Shown: one piece after another, positions 22,335-34,022 of the stretch | Position numbering within the stretch: position 1 is the stretch's first letter | Layout of the letters: each line of letters opens with the position of its first letter | DNA from: Octopus bimaculoides | Taxonomy: Eukaryota | Assembly (NCBI RefSeq): GCF_001194135.2 | Contig: NC_068990.1 | Coordinates: 66,088,795 to 66,123,501, forward strand | DNA: 34,707 nt | Direction of reading: 5' to 3' | Notes under the pieces: generated by a model | What the model was told of the DNA's origin: nothing | The model's input: the letters and a program-made list of their open reading frames with translations, nothing else | The model's database searches: none | Program-made: the position numbers and the translations under genes

Positions 22335-22510
22335 AAGGCTGTGAACTGGCTGAGTCGTTAGCATGCCGGGCAAAATGATTAGCGGCATTTTGTGCGCCAT
22401 GAAGTCTTGAGTTTAAATTTTTACGAGGTCGACTTTGCCTTTCATCCTTTGGGGTCGATAAATTAAGTAACAGTAAAACACTGGAGTTGATGTAATCAAC
22501 TAGCCCCAAC
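22335..22510 (+). mobile_element. tRNA-derived SINE, copy b (more diverged, tandem with copy a)
   Basis: AAGGCTGTGAACTGGCTGAGTCGTTAGC...GAGTTTAAATTT...GTCGACTTTGCCTTTCATCCTTTGGGGTCGATAAATTAAGTAAC...GATGTAATCAAC. Confidence 0.82.
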
Positions 22511-22519
22511 TCCTAGCCC

Positions 22520-22756
22520 CACATGATGCCCCCCACTATACCTGCTTTTGATCAGAGGTGCACTTATCATTAGCCACCGAGGGACATGCTCAACTGGTAA
22601 AGTTCAAGTATCTGACACGCAAATGTGTGGTACTGAGCAGACATTTAGCTCGGCCCATCTTTTATACCTAGACAAAACATATACATGATAACGCTTCCAA
22701 TCAGTTAAGATCAGAAGCCATGCAAACCACTGCTTGATACTGCATTAGGGCATTTA
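22520..22756 (-). mobile_element. Partial (5' half) second copy of the TAA-tailed retroposon at 20857-21379
   Basis: Shares GACATGCTCAACTGGT, GCCCATCTTTTATACC and CTTCCAATCAGTTAAG with 21157-21379. Starts at almost the same 5' position, next to a (TAA)n tract. Confidence 0.8.
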
Positions 22757-22768
22757 ATCTTGTTATGG

Positions 22769-22781
22769 TTATTATTATTAC

Positions 22782-22845
<64 letters not shown>

Positions 22846-22860
22846 GTTGTTGTTGTAGTT
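22769..22860. repeat. (TTA)n grading into (TTG)n
   Basis: Read directly. Confidence 0.95.
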
Positions 22861-23039
22861 GTTTTATTGTTGATATTACTTAGTATGACAAACATTTTGC
22901 TTTATTACAAAAACTTAAATATTTTTTTATGGTTAATTATAGTTTATGACAAATTATAGTTTGTGATAAACTAGAGTCTATGATAAATAGTTATTTAGAG
23001 AATTTCTGTAAATAGTTATCGGTTGCTGACATATACGCC

Positions 23040-23154
23040 TATATATAGCATACGTACATGTATACAGACACACACATACATATGCATACATACATATATA
23101 CGCACCTACCTACATATATATATATGTATATGTACATATATATACATAAATATT

Positions 23155-23186
<32 letters not shown>

Positions 23187-23570
23187 NNNNNNNNNNNNNN
23201 NNNNNNNNNNNNNNNNNNNNNNNNNNNNNNNNNNNNNNNNNNNNNNNNNNNNNNNNNNNNNNNNNNNNNNNNNNNNNNNNNNNNNNNNNNNNNNNNNNNN
23301 NNNNNNNNNNNNNNNNNNNNNNNNNNNNNNNNNNNNNNNNNNNNNNNNNNNNNNNNNNNNNNNNNNNNNNNNNNNNNNNNNNNNNNNNNNNNNNNNNNNN
23401 NNNNNNNNNNNNNNNNNNNNNNNNNNNNNNNNNNNNNNNNNNNNNNNNNNNNNNNNNNNNNNNNNNNNTATATATGTATATGTACATATATATACATAAA
23501 TATTTATATATACATATATATATAGATACATACGTATATCTGTATACTTATGTATATATACGTATGTATA
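23040..23570. repeat. Degenerate (TA/CA)n tract spanning a 282-N gap
   Basis: Read directly; the same 50-mer lies on both sides of the gap. Confidence 0.9.
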
Positions 23571-24361
23571 CAAATACACTAGTATACACAGGGATATCAT
23601 AAATAGATAGATAGATAGATATCAAAGAATTACAGTAGAGTTGTGGAGGTACTGCTAAATTAGGCTAAAATTAGTTTTTCCTTTACATCTTAAAGTTTTA
23701 TTCAAGCAGAACTAATTAATGACTAGATGACAAATTGTTGAAAAAGAATAAATGGACGAACGTACTAACTAAAATAATGAAAAGATAATGAAGAAATATT
23801 CCGTTGCTTGTAGTTGTAATGGTAAATAGTTAAGCAAAGAGTTTTATTGCTGCGTATGTTAGTAAGTTAGAGTTGCTGAAAAGTAGATTTACGTTGAAAA
23901 AAATTACTCTCCAACTTTCAGTAAAGGAAATGAAATCATATAAATGAAAAATAAAATAAAAATATAAAAACGGATGGAAATAATATGAGGTTTTTGTACG
24001 TTAACAGTAATTATCTATAACAGTATTGATGATATGTTTAACGATTGTATTATTAGTGGGAGCAATTTGAAAATGTGAACCAATTAAAAATGCTGTATGA
24101 AGTGAAGAGTATCTCATATAATAGATATATTTGCAAATATACAGTGATTTTTATTTATTTATTTGTGTATTAAAACTGTAAAGAAAAGCACCAAGATCTT
24201 TTAGTTGTTGTTATATTGAATGTGAAAAAATTTTGGTTGAAATATTAACGTGGATGTTGATCCAAATGTGTATAATCTACGGGTGGAACTCGGTACACAA
24301 CCCAACATTCACACGACCATCTATAAGTTTATATATGAGTGGGTGTAATAATATGTGGATG

Positions 24362-24394
<33 letters not shown>

Positions 24395-24463
24395 TATATA
24401 TATATGTGGTTGTATACATATGTGGGAGTGTTGGTATGTGTTTTTAGGGTATTGCTCTCACGA

Positions 24464-24670
24464 TCATAAAATTGTGAATTTTGAGTCACGAATCTGGCTG
24501 TGTATTGTGTTTTTGAGCAAACCACTTCCTTTCCTTTTGTTCCAGCGCACACAATCGTAAATAATTAACTCTGCGCCGTTCTGGCTTTGCCATTCATCAG
24601 GAATGGTGAGATCTCGGAACTGATATGTCACGGAAACCGAGTAATTGACCCCATGACTTCTAGGACCCAA
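24464..24670 (-). CDS. Candidate coding exon of an unidentified host gene (unverified)
   Basis: Non-repetitive, GC-richer open frame LGPRSHGVNYSVSVTYQFRDLTIPDEWQSQNGAELIIYDCVRWNK with protein-like composition. Possible acceptor TCCTAG near 24662; no convincing donor; no homology recognised. Confidence 0.2.
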   Translation of the reverse strand: MGPRSHGVNYSVSVTYQFRDLTIPDEWQSQNGAELIIYDCVRWNKRKGSGLLKNTIHSQIRDSKFTIL

Positions 24671-26365
24671 AACATTAAATTTCAGGGGTTGATGGTGATA
24701 ATGTTCATGATGATAATGCTGCTGCTGCTACTGATAATGATGGTATTTATATCCATGTAAATATGTCCGTACATGTTTATAGTCATAGTAAGCTTTAAGT
24801 TCTTTAGAATGTTATAATTACGAATATTAGTTCAAGGAAACTTTTACGTGTAGCGTATGGAACAGAACAGGATGACGACTTAATATAAATAGTAAAGCAT
24901 AAACATTGTGAGATGTAAAAAATGCAATAAAAATGCATTTTATAACCCCTCTCTTCGAAAAGGAAGTATTTCGGATTTCGATTCATTTTTTTGCGGATTT
25001 TTGAATGAATATATATTTACATCCAAAAAACGACACAGCTTGGCATGGAAACCACTACTATACATATTTCCCATTAAGTTTTCCTAATGCAGCTTATATA
25101 CGTGAAGCTAGTTTCATATAAATTTGGAGTTATTCCAGTTTTCCTTGTCATGAAAACCAAATCTGCTTATTACACATTTGCTTCGTTTTATTGTCATCCC
25201 CATAAAACACATACACGTCGTTTTCGCCTTTAATTCATTCGTTTTATTCTCACTTACAGCATCCTTAGTTTCTTTACTTAAAAAATTAACGAAGCAAAAC
25301 AATACACATTTCTAAGCGCTTTCAGTAATCTTTCATACGTAGTTTCTCTCTCACGCTCATGAAAAAACAAACAAAAAAACAAAAGGGATTGTGGAGATTT
25401 TAGGATCGTGGTAATTCGGAAAGGGTTTATTAACTGCATAGCAAGAGAGATTTAAGCTGGTAATCGTATGAATGAAAATGAAATGAATATATACAAATAC
25501 TTAGAGTTAACTGTAAGTGTCTAATACATTAAATAGATTTAGTGGATGACGCTGTTAAATCATTGAAGATAAGTGAATATATATATATATATANNNNNNN
25601 NNNNNNNNNNNNNNNNNNNNNNNNNNNNNNNNNNNNNNNNNNNNNNNNNNNNNNNNNNNNNNNNNNNNNNNNNNNNNNNNNNNNNNNNNNNNNNNNNATA
25701 TGCACTGTATGGTAAGGTTTCCAGTTGTAGTATTGCATTTGATCAAGCAAGAGCTAAGAGAGTAAATATATTGTTGTAATAAAAGCTTCAGTCTTATATA
25801 CTGTCACCCAGAGTTTCCTGGTCGAAATATTTTCCCATTTATCAAGATGTTGATAACAAGACAGTCTGTAAACTGCGTACGATGTAGTTAATGTTTCAGT
25901 GAGAACGTGCCTATATAAAGAGAGAGAGAGAAAAAAAAAAAACAGGTGGAATCTTCAGCTCTACAGTAAAGGCAGCCAGTGTCTTTCGTATATCAAAGTT
26001 TTGTAAACCAGACTGAAATGGTTTATGATGTGTCCGATGGTCTAATTTCCGTTTAGATGTATATTTGAAAATGCGGATATAGAGAAAAATATTTTATTCC
26101 TCTAATTTCCACAGACATTAGAGGTTGTACATTTTTTAAAAATATATATTTTTCCGAGGGAACATATGGAACGTCTTTTCCCCCGTTAATATATGGTTTC
26201 GCTTGGCTTTGGAAAGGATTTCCTATTTGATGTTGCATTAGACGTTTCCATTTTTAGGTTTTCAGATTAATGCCGAAAAGGATGTTGCATGTCTCTTCTC
26301 GAGGTACCGACAGGCGGTAGTTGTATCTGGATTTATATCTTCCTTCCACTGATCCAATACAAACA

Positions 26366-27681
26366 TAAGCTGAACTCCCTCATTACACAGATATATCTGC
26401 TTTACACATATTAATGACTTTACATGTCATGAATGCAAAGCCCTATGAATTTACAATCCCACGGACCAAGTTTCACATCACTACAAAATTATATACGCTC
26501 ATTCAAACGAGAACAAAATCCATAATGCGGATGTGTGTATGTGTGCGTGTGTGTGTCTGTACGTGTGTATATATGCATATGTGCGTGATACCGTAGGATA
26601 CACAATCTCATTAAATCACAATTCCATGAATTCAGAGCACCATGGCGTAACTCTGGTGTCAAAATATGAGGAAAAGATGCGAAACTCCGCAATTATATAC
26701 ACGTATATACTATCAGTTATGTGTTCACATTCAAACACGAATAATATGCATAATGCAGGTGTGAGTGAGTGTGCTTGTGTGTGTATGTGTGTGTGTGGAG
26801 TGTGCGCGTGCCACTGTGAACGTGTGCACGAGTGTGTGTATGTGTACCAATGTGTGCATGTGTGCATATATTCTGTATGGATGCCCTTCTGTATATGCGT
26901 GTGTGTTCATATTCAAGTTTATATTTATAAATTTGAGACAGGCCAGAATTGATACAAGTGAGATAACATTTAGAAGTTGTTTCCCTTGATCCGTATATGT
27001 ATTTGTTTATTCCATAATCCCGCACAGTCTTGTATAACCTTGTTATATTCTCATCAAAGATGAACGCGACTACCAACATATTCTGTTACAGGTTTGATCG
27101 TTTCTGAGAATTACTGCATAAAACTAATGGGATCCATATTTAATAAAACAAATAAAGTGTATATATATACATATTCCTTCCACTGATCCAGTATAACATC
27201 TGGTCTGTAACAGACCAGAATGTGAACACATAATTGATCGTATTTGGACATAAAGTGCATATAATTGCGGAGTTTCACATATTTTCCTCATATTTTGACG
27301 TTAGAGTTACGCTATGGTGTTCTGAATTCATGGAATTGTGTATTGATAAGATTGCGTATCCTGTGATGTCAGTCACATATGCATATGTACACATGTCATA
27401 CACATATGCGTACACTCACACACTCACTCACACACACATATCTACACACACACACATATCTACACATACACACACATATCTACACATACACACACATACA
27501 CACATCTGCATTATGCATTTTGTTCCCTTTGAGTGAGAGCATATAATTTTGGAGTGATGTGAAACTTGGTCCGTGGGATTGTAAATTCAAAGGGCTTTGC
27601 ATTCATAAGTTTGTGTATGATATGTGATGTCATGAATATGTGTAATGCAGACATATCTGTGTAACGAGGGAGTTCAGCTTA
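26366..27681. repeat. Inverted duplication, arms 26366-26732 and 27218-27681, spacer about 485 bp
   Basis: TAAGCTGAACTCCC at 26366 versus GGGAGTTCAGCTTA ending 27681; CCCACGGACCAAGTTTCACATCACT versus AGTGATGTGAAACTTGGTCCGTGGG; GTGTTCACATTC versus GAATGTGAACAC. The arms differ mainly in an internal (TG)/(CA) tract. Confidence 0.92.
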
Positions 27682-28109
27682 CCTTTATGGGGGTTTGTGT
27701 CTTTTATGTATAATGTTCATATAATGCATATAATTGGTTTTCAGAGTAAAACTTATGCAGGTTGAATTGTTGGCGAAGTAATCGGAGGATCATGCTTGAA
27801 ATTTCGAATTACGAATTATTGCTTGTGGATGCAGAAGAAAGATTAATCCATAATATTTTAAACGCTCACTGCTGATGTTATCATATTTAGTTTTTCGGTA
27901 ATGCAAAGTTCACATTTGCTGCCACGTCCCCTATATTTTCTGGTCTTAGCTATAATACTCCAGTTTATCTGGGGATTTCTCACACCCCTCCCTTTAACTA
28001 CCCATACTATGTTGGATATATATGCTGTGTGTGTATGTGTGTGTGTGTGTGGAAGGGGAAGGGTGGAGTGTTTGTGTTTTATTTTTTATCTCTGAGCGGA
28101 GCCAAAGGC

Positions 28110-28235
28110 TGTGCATATCTTTCTTTGAAGGTGTTTCCGGTCATTCCAATACTGGTATTTGTTATTCCGTCCAAAATCCGTAATGTTGTCTTTATTCACT
28201 AGTTGTTTTCCCAGGTACCTATTGTACAAGGGACA
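28110..28235 (-). mobile_element. Penelope-like element GIY-YIG endonuclease fragment
   Basis: Minus strand with one frameshift: CPLYNRYLGKQLVNKDNIT / DGITNTSIGMTGNTFKERY, matching the CPLxGxCL...VYKAT...YIGMTENTFKERY pattern of PLE endonucleases. Confidence 0.7.
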
Positions 28236-28899
28236 GCTGACCGGAGATTTAAAATGACAGGATCTTGAGGGGGGGGGATTATTCCTAATGTTGTTATATG
28301 TATGTGGATATATGTGTGTGTCTGCCTACATTTATTTATATGACGAGTGTGTGTGTCTCAGTGATGACGTATGTGTGTACATTGATGTGTGTGCCTGTAT
28401 GTATATTCACTTATTATTTCAATCCCTAATTCTCTCCTTCCTGATTTGCTCTTTATTTTCTCTCCCAATTATCTATACTACTCCTGATTTCTAAGTATGT
28501 ATAAGCACTTCATCTAAATGCAAATTTTCTATTAGTTGATGCTCTATCTGGCGATTTTATAGCAGGAGATTTCTTCCATATTTATCTTACATGCATAATT
28601 TTGCAAATTCTATTTGTAAATATAACATGGTTAATGGTGAATAATTAACACTAAAAACATTTCTAATCTCCTATTTTGATGTATAGTTACTCTGAAAACA
28701 ATATTTCCAGAATTTTCAACTCATATGCTTACCTTACATAACAACTGTATACAGAATTGGAATACTGGAATAGGCAAGTGTCCTTTAGGTGACACAGCTT
28801 GAATTTTAACCCTATCTACACAATATATATGTATATATGAGTGTGTGTGTGTCCGCATGCGCGCGTGTGCGTGCCTGAGTGTGTGTATGTGTATATGTA

Positions 28900-29623
28900 T
28901 GATAGAACTAAATATGTTTCTTCTGAAAAAATCCACATCAAGCTTAGTGAAACTTGCTATTACCAAAGCAAGAGAGAGCGTCATTTCTACCTTGGGAAGA
29001 AACATCCACATTATATACGAAAACGATCATCAAAATATAAAAAATCCATTTATAGTCACCTATAGTCTTATAAACCACGTCTTACATATTACCAAGCAAT
29101 ACCTTCCTATTCTACATTAATCATCGACTTTCCGATAAATAATGAAGTAATCAAAAATTATCAACACAACACCCGAAGACAGCGACCAAATCTCAAAAGA
29201 GAATCACGTCAGAGAAAGAAATAACGCAGGTAACAAACTGCAGAGAACTTCGTTGTGGGACGTGTGATATAATTGAACGAGAAACAACCAACGCATTCAG
29301 AAATTACGAGGAAGGGAAGAAAAGTAAATGCATATAATATGTAAAAATAAATAACACATCAATTGCATCACGTGCCCACAATGCAATGAGAATTACATTG
29401 GAGGAATAGGAAGAAACTAAGTCACTTTGCGAGAACGCACAAACAGCAAATTAAAGATTCATCTCTGAGAAATGTTCCATGCAGTGAACATCTTGAGATT
29501 TGCGCAAATGGAAAATTCATAAATATTTCATTATTTCGAATAAAAGAACAGTATGATCAACAGCAAAACTTCAAAGAAGAATACTCTATATGTATTCTGC
29601 ATCCGAAACTAAACCGGAGATGA
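28900..29623 (+). mobile_element. Penelope-like element 3' part (post-RT linker plus GIY-YIG endonuclease), decayed
   Basis: KNPFIVTYSLINHVLHITKQYLPILH; RCGTCDII; INCITCPQCNENYIG; THKQQIKDSSLRNVPCSEHLEICANGKF...FKEEYSICILHPKLNRR* (stop 29621-29623). Several frameshifts. Confidence 0.88.
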
Positions 29624-30032
29624 TCAACATCATTACTGAAAACAACTTTTTGCATATGCATTAGCCCATAACATGTGTGTATATGTTGAACGACGAAAGT
29701 ACTTACACTCAATATAAAAATGTTTTTCCCAAAACTTCTTATCATTGTGGTTTCGAAAAGAAATTTTACTGCTAGTTAATCACTTCTAAGAAAATTTTCT
29801 TTAAATATTGTGACTGTATCAAGTAATTATTGCAGATGTGTATCAATAATTAATCATTGCATTTAAGTACGTATGTTATACTTTTACAAGAACGTGGATG
29901 ACAGTGACTTCAAAGATTCAGCTTGCTAGCCTTCTTCGAGTAATATGTATGTACTCGACAAAAGATATTAAGTCATAAATTTACTGTTAAATAAGTTTTA
30001 TAAATTCGCATAAAAGCGAATTTTAACCTAAC

Positions 30033-30131
30033 TACCTACCTACCTACCTACCTACCTACCTACCTACCTACCTACCTACCTATCTATCTATCTATCTATC
30101 TAGATAGATAGATAGATAGATAGATAAATAA

Positions 30132-30167
<36 letters not shown>

Positions 30168-30168
30168 C
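30033..30168. repeat. Compound tetranucleotide (TACC)n(TATC)n(TAGA)n with a loopless palindrome
   Basis: 30080-30101 is the exact reverse complement of 30102-30123. Confidence 0.95.
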
Positions 30169-30945
30169 TATTTGTCTGTGTGTCTGTGGTGTCTGTGTGC
30201 GTCTGTGTCTGTATGTCTGTATGTCTGTATGTATGTATCTATCTATCTGTGTCTCTGTGCGTATCTATCTGCTGTGTGTGCGTATGTGTGTGTGCATGGG
30301 TCTGTGTGTGTGTGCGTGCGTGCGTGCGTAAAATCCTTTAGAAAACTAAAGCTATATATGATACTTGATAATTAGAGAAAGATTAATAGGGACAGATCTA
30401 TATAGTTAAGCAGCCATATACGGATATAGTTATGCATTTATACAGCTACATAGCAATGCAGCTGTAGCTACATCATCATTTTAACATTCTTTATATTTCC
30501 AAAGTTATTTTTACATCATCTTTAAATATATCGTCACTACTCCCTCAGACTAAAACTAACTCATAAAAATAGTTTAGCATCACTATTTGCATTATTATTT
30601 ATATAAATTTTTGCAGTTATTTATATTTACTTATTGTACAATAGAGAGAACTTTCAATAATTCTTATTCGCACGACGTTAAATAGTTTTACGAATCTCTA
30701 TCATACTTCATAATTGGTCAATAATCTACTGATAACTAAATATTATTCTATCATGTTTTCATTATCCTGTTATGAAATACTTTGTTCATTTTATTCTGTT
30801 GAACGGTTTGCCATCTGGTCATCAATTAGTTCTGCCTAAATAAATCTTTAAGATGAAAAGGAAAAACTAATTTTTGCCTAATTTAGCACTAGCCCTCCTC
30901 TGATGTAACCCTTAATACGTACATACATTTGTGTGTGTGTGTGTA

Positions 30946-30987
<42 letters not shown>

Positions 30988-32164
30988 CAAAGATACACAT
31001 GAACATACATATGTATATAAACCTACATAAGCATATGAAAGAATCTGTATGTATATATCTCTCTCTGTGTGTGTATATATATATACAAATGTATATGTAT
31101 GTATGTATGTATACATATCTATATACCTGTGGTACATGTATGTATATATAAACATTAACTTAATTCATTAAACGCTATTTATTTATAGAACTCACTAAAC
31201 TACTGTTTATCATAGATTCTCTATCATAAACTATAATTTATCATAAAATATTTAAATATAAATCTTTATAATAGAGCGAAAATCTGCATCGTAATAAATA
31301 ATCTCAGGAATGCTGTTTGACAGCCTCTAAAAACATCCAATAACAATGATTAAAAGGCAACAAATCAAATCGGAAAAAGTGTTGGTGAAAATGTTGAAAA
31401 ATAACTGTAAAAGTAACACCCTGTAAAAATTATCAATCATTATTGCTCATAACTGATGCGTTAGAAATATTTACAGAAATAGGAAATCGCATGCAACATA
31501 TAATAAACAAATTAACGAAGTGCATTCTATATCACTACTAGACTTAGGCCCCATCGCCAACACAAACAATTATGAAAAATAATTCAAATATAAAATGTAT
31601 CATTCAGTCCAATGTTATCAATAGGGTTAATGTGCACTTTTAAACTATTAGGCCGAGAATTCAGTACAACTGGGCAAGGGAAATAAGCATGCCACTATCT
31701 GATGAAAATGATGACAGTCTAAATAAATGGGTCGAATTTACTTATAAATAAATCACAAAAGCAGAAAAGGACACAAGTGGGATATGTTGTTTATTCTATA
31801 TGCATAATTTACTGCAAAACTCTATATCCGAAAGAGGAACTATGAGGGAACTATATCTGAAGAACGAAACTACAAAACATATTCGAATAAAATTTGAAGG
31901 GAATGTTACTAGATTCTAAATTAAGGCTGCAAATTCAACAATCTGGTCACCTTCAACAAATTTATTCTAAAAACTATAAACAAAAAGAAATAAAAACATT
32001 GAAATCGAACATTTCAAAGGAAAATATAAATAAGTAGACGGGTAACAAGCACAAAACATGAAAATTAAAACTTCGCCATTGAAAGAAATTGCAGTACCTC
32101 TTTGAGAAAATTAAAAAAATGAGACGAAGAATATTAATCTTCCACTCCTCTTTCACAGCTTGCA

Positions 32165-32776
32165 GAATACCAATATGCGAAGCTGGGAGCTTACCATACA
32201 CTTGACTTTGAATCCAATCGCAAGTTTACACTTGGCAAATGTTGGGATTCTATCACATTTGAACGCACTGACACTGCCTGAGATCCTGAACAAAATACAA
32301 TGTTAGCTGCCATATTGATGCACGAAAGTTTTAGTCAATCATACAGTGTAACATCAAGTATGACATTAAAGGCCAAGGTTTAAACAAATAGTCCACGAAA
32401 GAGGAAAGAAATGTGAACTCAGCATAACAAATGTCATAGAATTTTCATGATCCAGGCGTTTAGCAGATGTCAACTTCGAAATTGTGAAGTGTCTGCTAAT
32501 TGCAAACATGGATATGTGAAGGATCAATGTTTCTCCCACATAAGGTATAGGCTTTCTTTTTTTTTACAATATGTTAAGAAATGTGTCAGATCCTGCTGCT
32601 TGTGGTATAAAGCTTGATGAAAAGGCATCAGATCTCTTAGCCATAGAAACAGTGATGGTTTCAAATGAGTTGTTCAGATCCAGTGATAATTAAAGTCCAT
32701 AGTGTCATGTCGCTTTGGTGGATAGAGTAAAAGAATATCGAGCGAGCTTACGTATTCCAGGACAACTTGTTCAAGT
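32165..32776 (+). pseudogene. pelo: Pelota (PELO/Dom34, eRF1-family ribosome rescue factor) pseudogene, intronless and internally deleted
   Basis: Frame from 32165: EYQYAKLGAYHTLDFESNRKFTLGKCWDSITFERTDTA*DPEQNTMLAAILMHESFSQSYSVTSSMTLKAKV*TNSPRK; then IQAFSR, VNFEIVKCLLIA, GYVKDQ; then FYNMLRNVSDPAACGIKLDEKASDLLAIETVMVSNELFRSSD...LVDRVKEYRASLRI. These blocks are colinear with PELO as recalled: YVKMGAYHTIELEPNRQFTLAKKQWDS, IHFDVVKCILVASPGFVREQF, FYKMLQHEPDRAFYG, AIDTLLISDELFRHQD, LVDSVKENAGTVRI. Stops at 32279 and 32381 plus frameshifts. Confidence 0.9.
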
Positions 32777-33119
32777 AATTGTACATAAATGTTCATAAAG
32801 TAAGTTTTCTTAAATTTTTTCAAAACTTTTTTCTGAATACATTTACTCCTGTGGAAAAATTAATTTTACTCTGCACACACACACACCTCCACACCCCCNN
32901 NNNNNNNNCCCACACACGCGCACGCGCACGCACACACACACACACACACAGATGACAGAGAGGTAAATAAATAGATAGAGAGATAGATAGATAGATAAAT
33001 AGATAAATAAATAAATAGATAGATAGACAGATAGATAGATATGTAAGGTTGTTGAGTTTGGCATTTAACTATACACGCACCATGCAATGATCTACACATT
33101 TTGTCTACAATATTATTTA

Positions 33120-34022
33120 CGAAATCTGATCAATAAATATCTGGACTGGTGCTATAAAAACAAAACTACAACACGTACCAATTTGGCATTAAATCTTCTT
33201 CAAATTAGTCCATTTCGAAGGCCACACACTTAATCCAGCACTGTTTTCATTGATGGAAGCATTCCTGGAACTCGTTTACAGTGATAATCAACCGCTGCTT
33301 CTTCGCACTCACTTTGATTTCCTCGACGTCCTGAAATCTTCCTTTCAAGTGGGATTTGATTTTTGCAAGTAGATCTGGAGAATACAGAGGTTGTCTGACT
33401 TGGAGAATACAGAGGTTGTTTGACCTGGGGAATTCTGTTCCTAGCCAAAACTTGATGCACAAGTTGCGGTGAATGGACAGGTGCGCTGTCATGGTGCAAT
33501 TGGCACAAACTCGGCAGAAACGCGTCTCATACGCAAATCTTCAGTGATAATGGACTGAACTGAACCGTAACTAATCTGCACATCCTCTGATAACTCACGG
33601 ATAGTGATTCGACGATTTTCCCCTCACAGCTGCACGCACATATGCGATATTTTTCTCAGTTCTGCTAGTTACACGTCTTCCAGAATATTCATCATTATCG
33701 ATATTTTTTCGGCCATCTTAGAAACACGCCTGAATCACTCGTACACTTGTGTGCAGCTCATACACTCCTCTGCATAGGCCTCTGAGCAGCTTTCACCAAG
33801 CTTTTGGCAAAATTTGATGAATATTCTTTTCTCAACGTTCTCTGCCATGGTCAATGCGACGATCACACGCTACAAACGTTCCTTCCAAGCACTACTCTAA
33901 ACAGTGGAAGTGAGCTAGAACGTAGAGTTCAAGGTCAATCTGTGCCTAGCGGCCTCACTCTGTATGCTTTAGCTTCATTACTATGGTCAACAGTCAGGAT
34001 ACTTATCGATCAGACCACCACG
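33120..34022 (-). mobile_element. Internally deleted mariner transposon (YSPDL-type transposase remnant)
   Basis: TA at 33118-33119 and 34023-34024. Ends CGAAATCTGATCAATAAATATCTGGACT and AGTCAGGATACTTATCGATCAGACCACCACG. Minus-strand remnant from ATG 33848: MAENVEKRIFIKFCQKLG...RRITIRELSEDVQISYGSVQSIITEDLRMRRVSAEFVP joined to LHHDSAPVHS...PLYSPDL...KGRFQDVEEIK...CWIKCV, stop at 33189. Confidence 0.93.

Noticed and set aside
23121-23520. Identical 50-mer on both sides of the N gap
   Set aside because: Most likely a scaffolding overlap or collapsed low-complexity repeat rather than biology.
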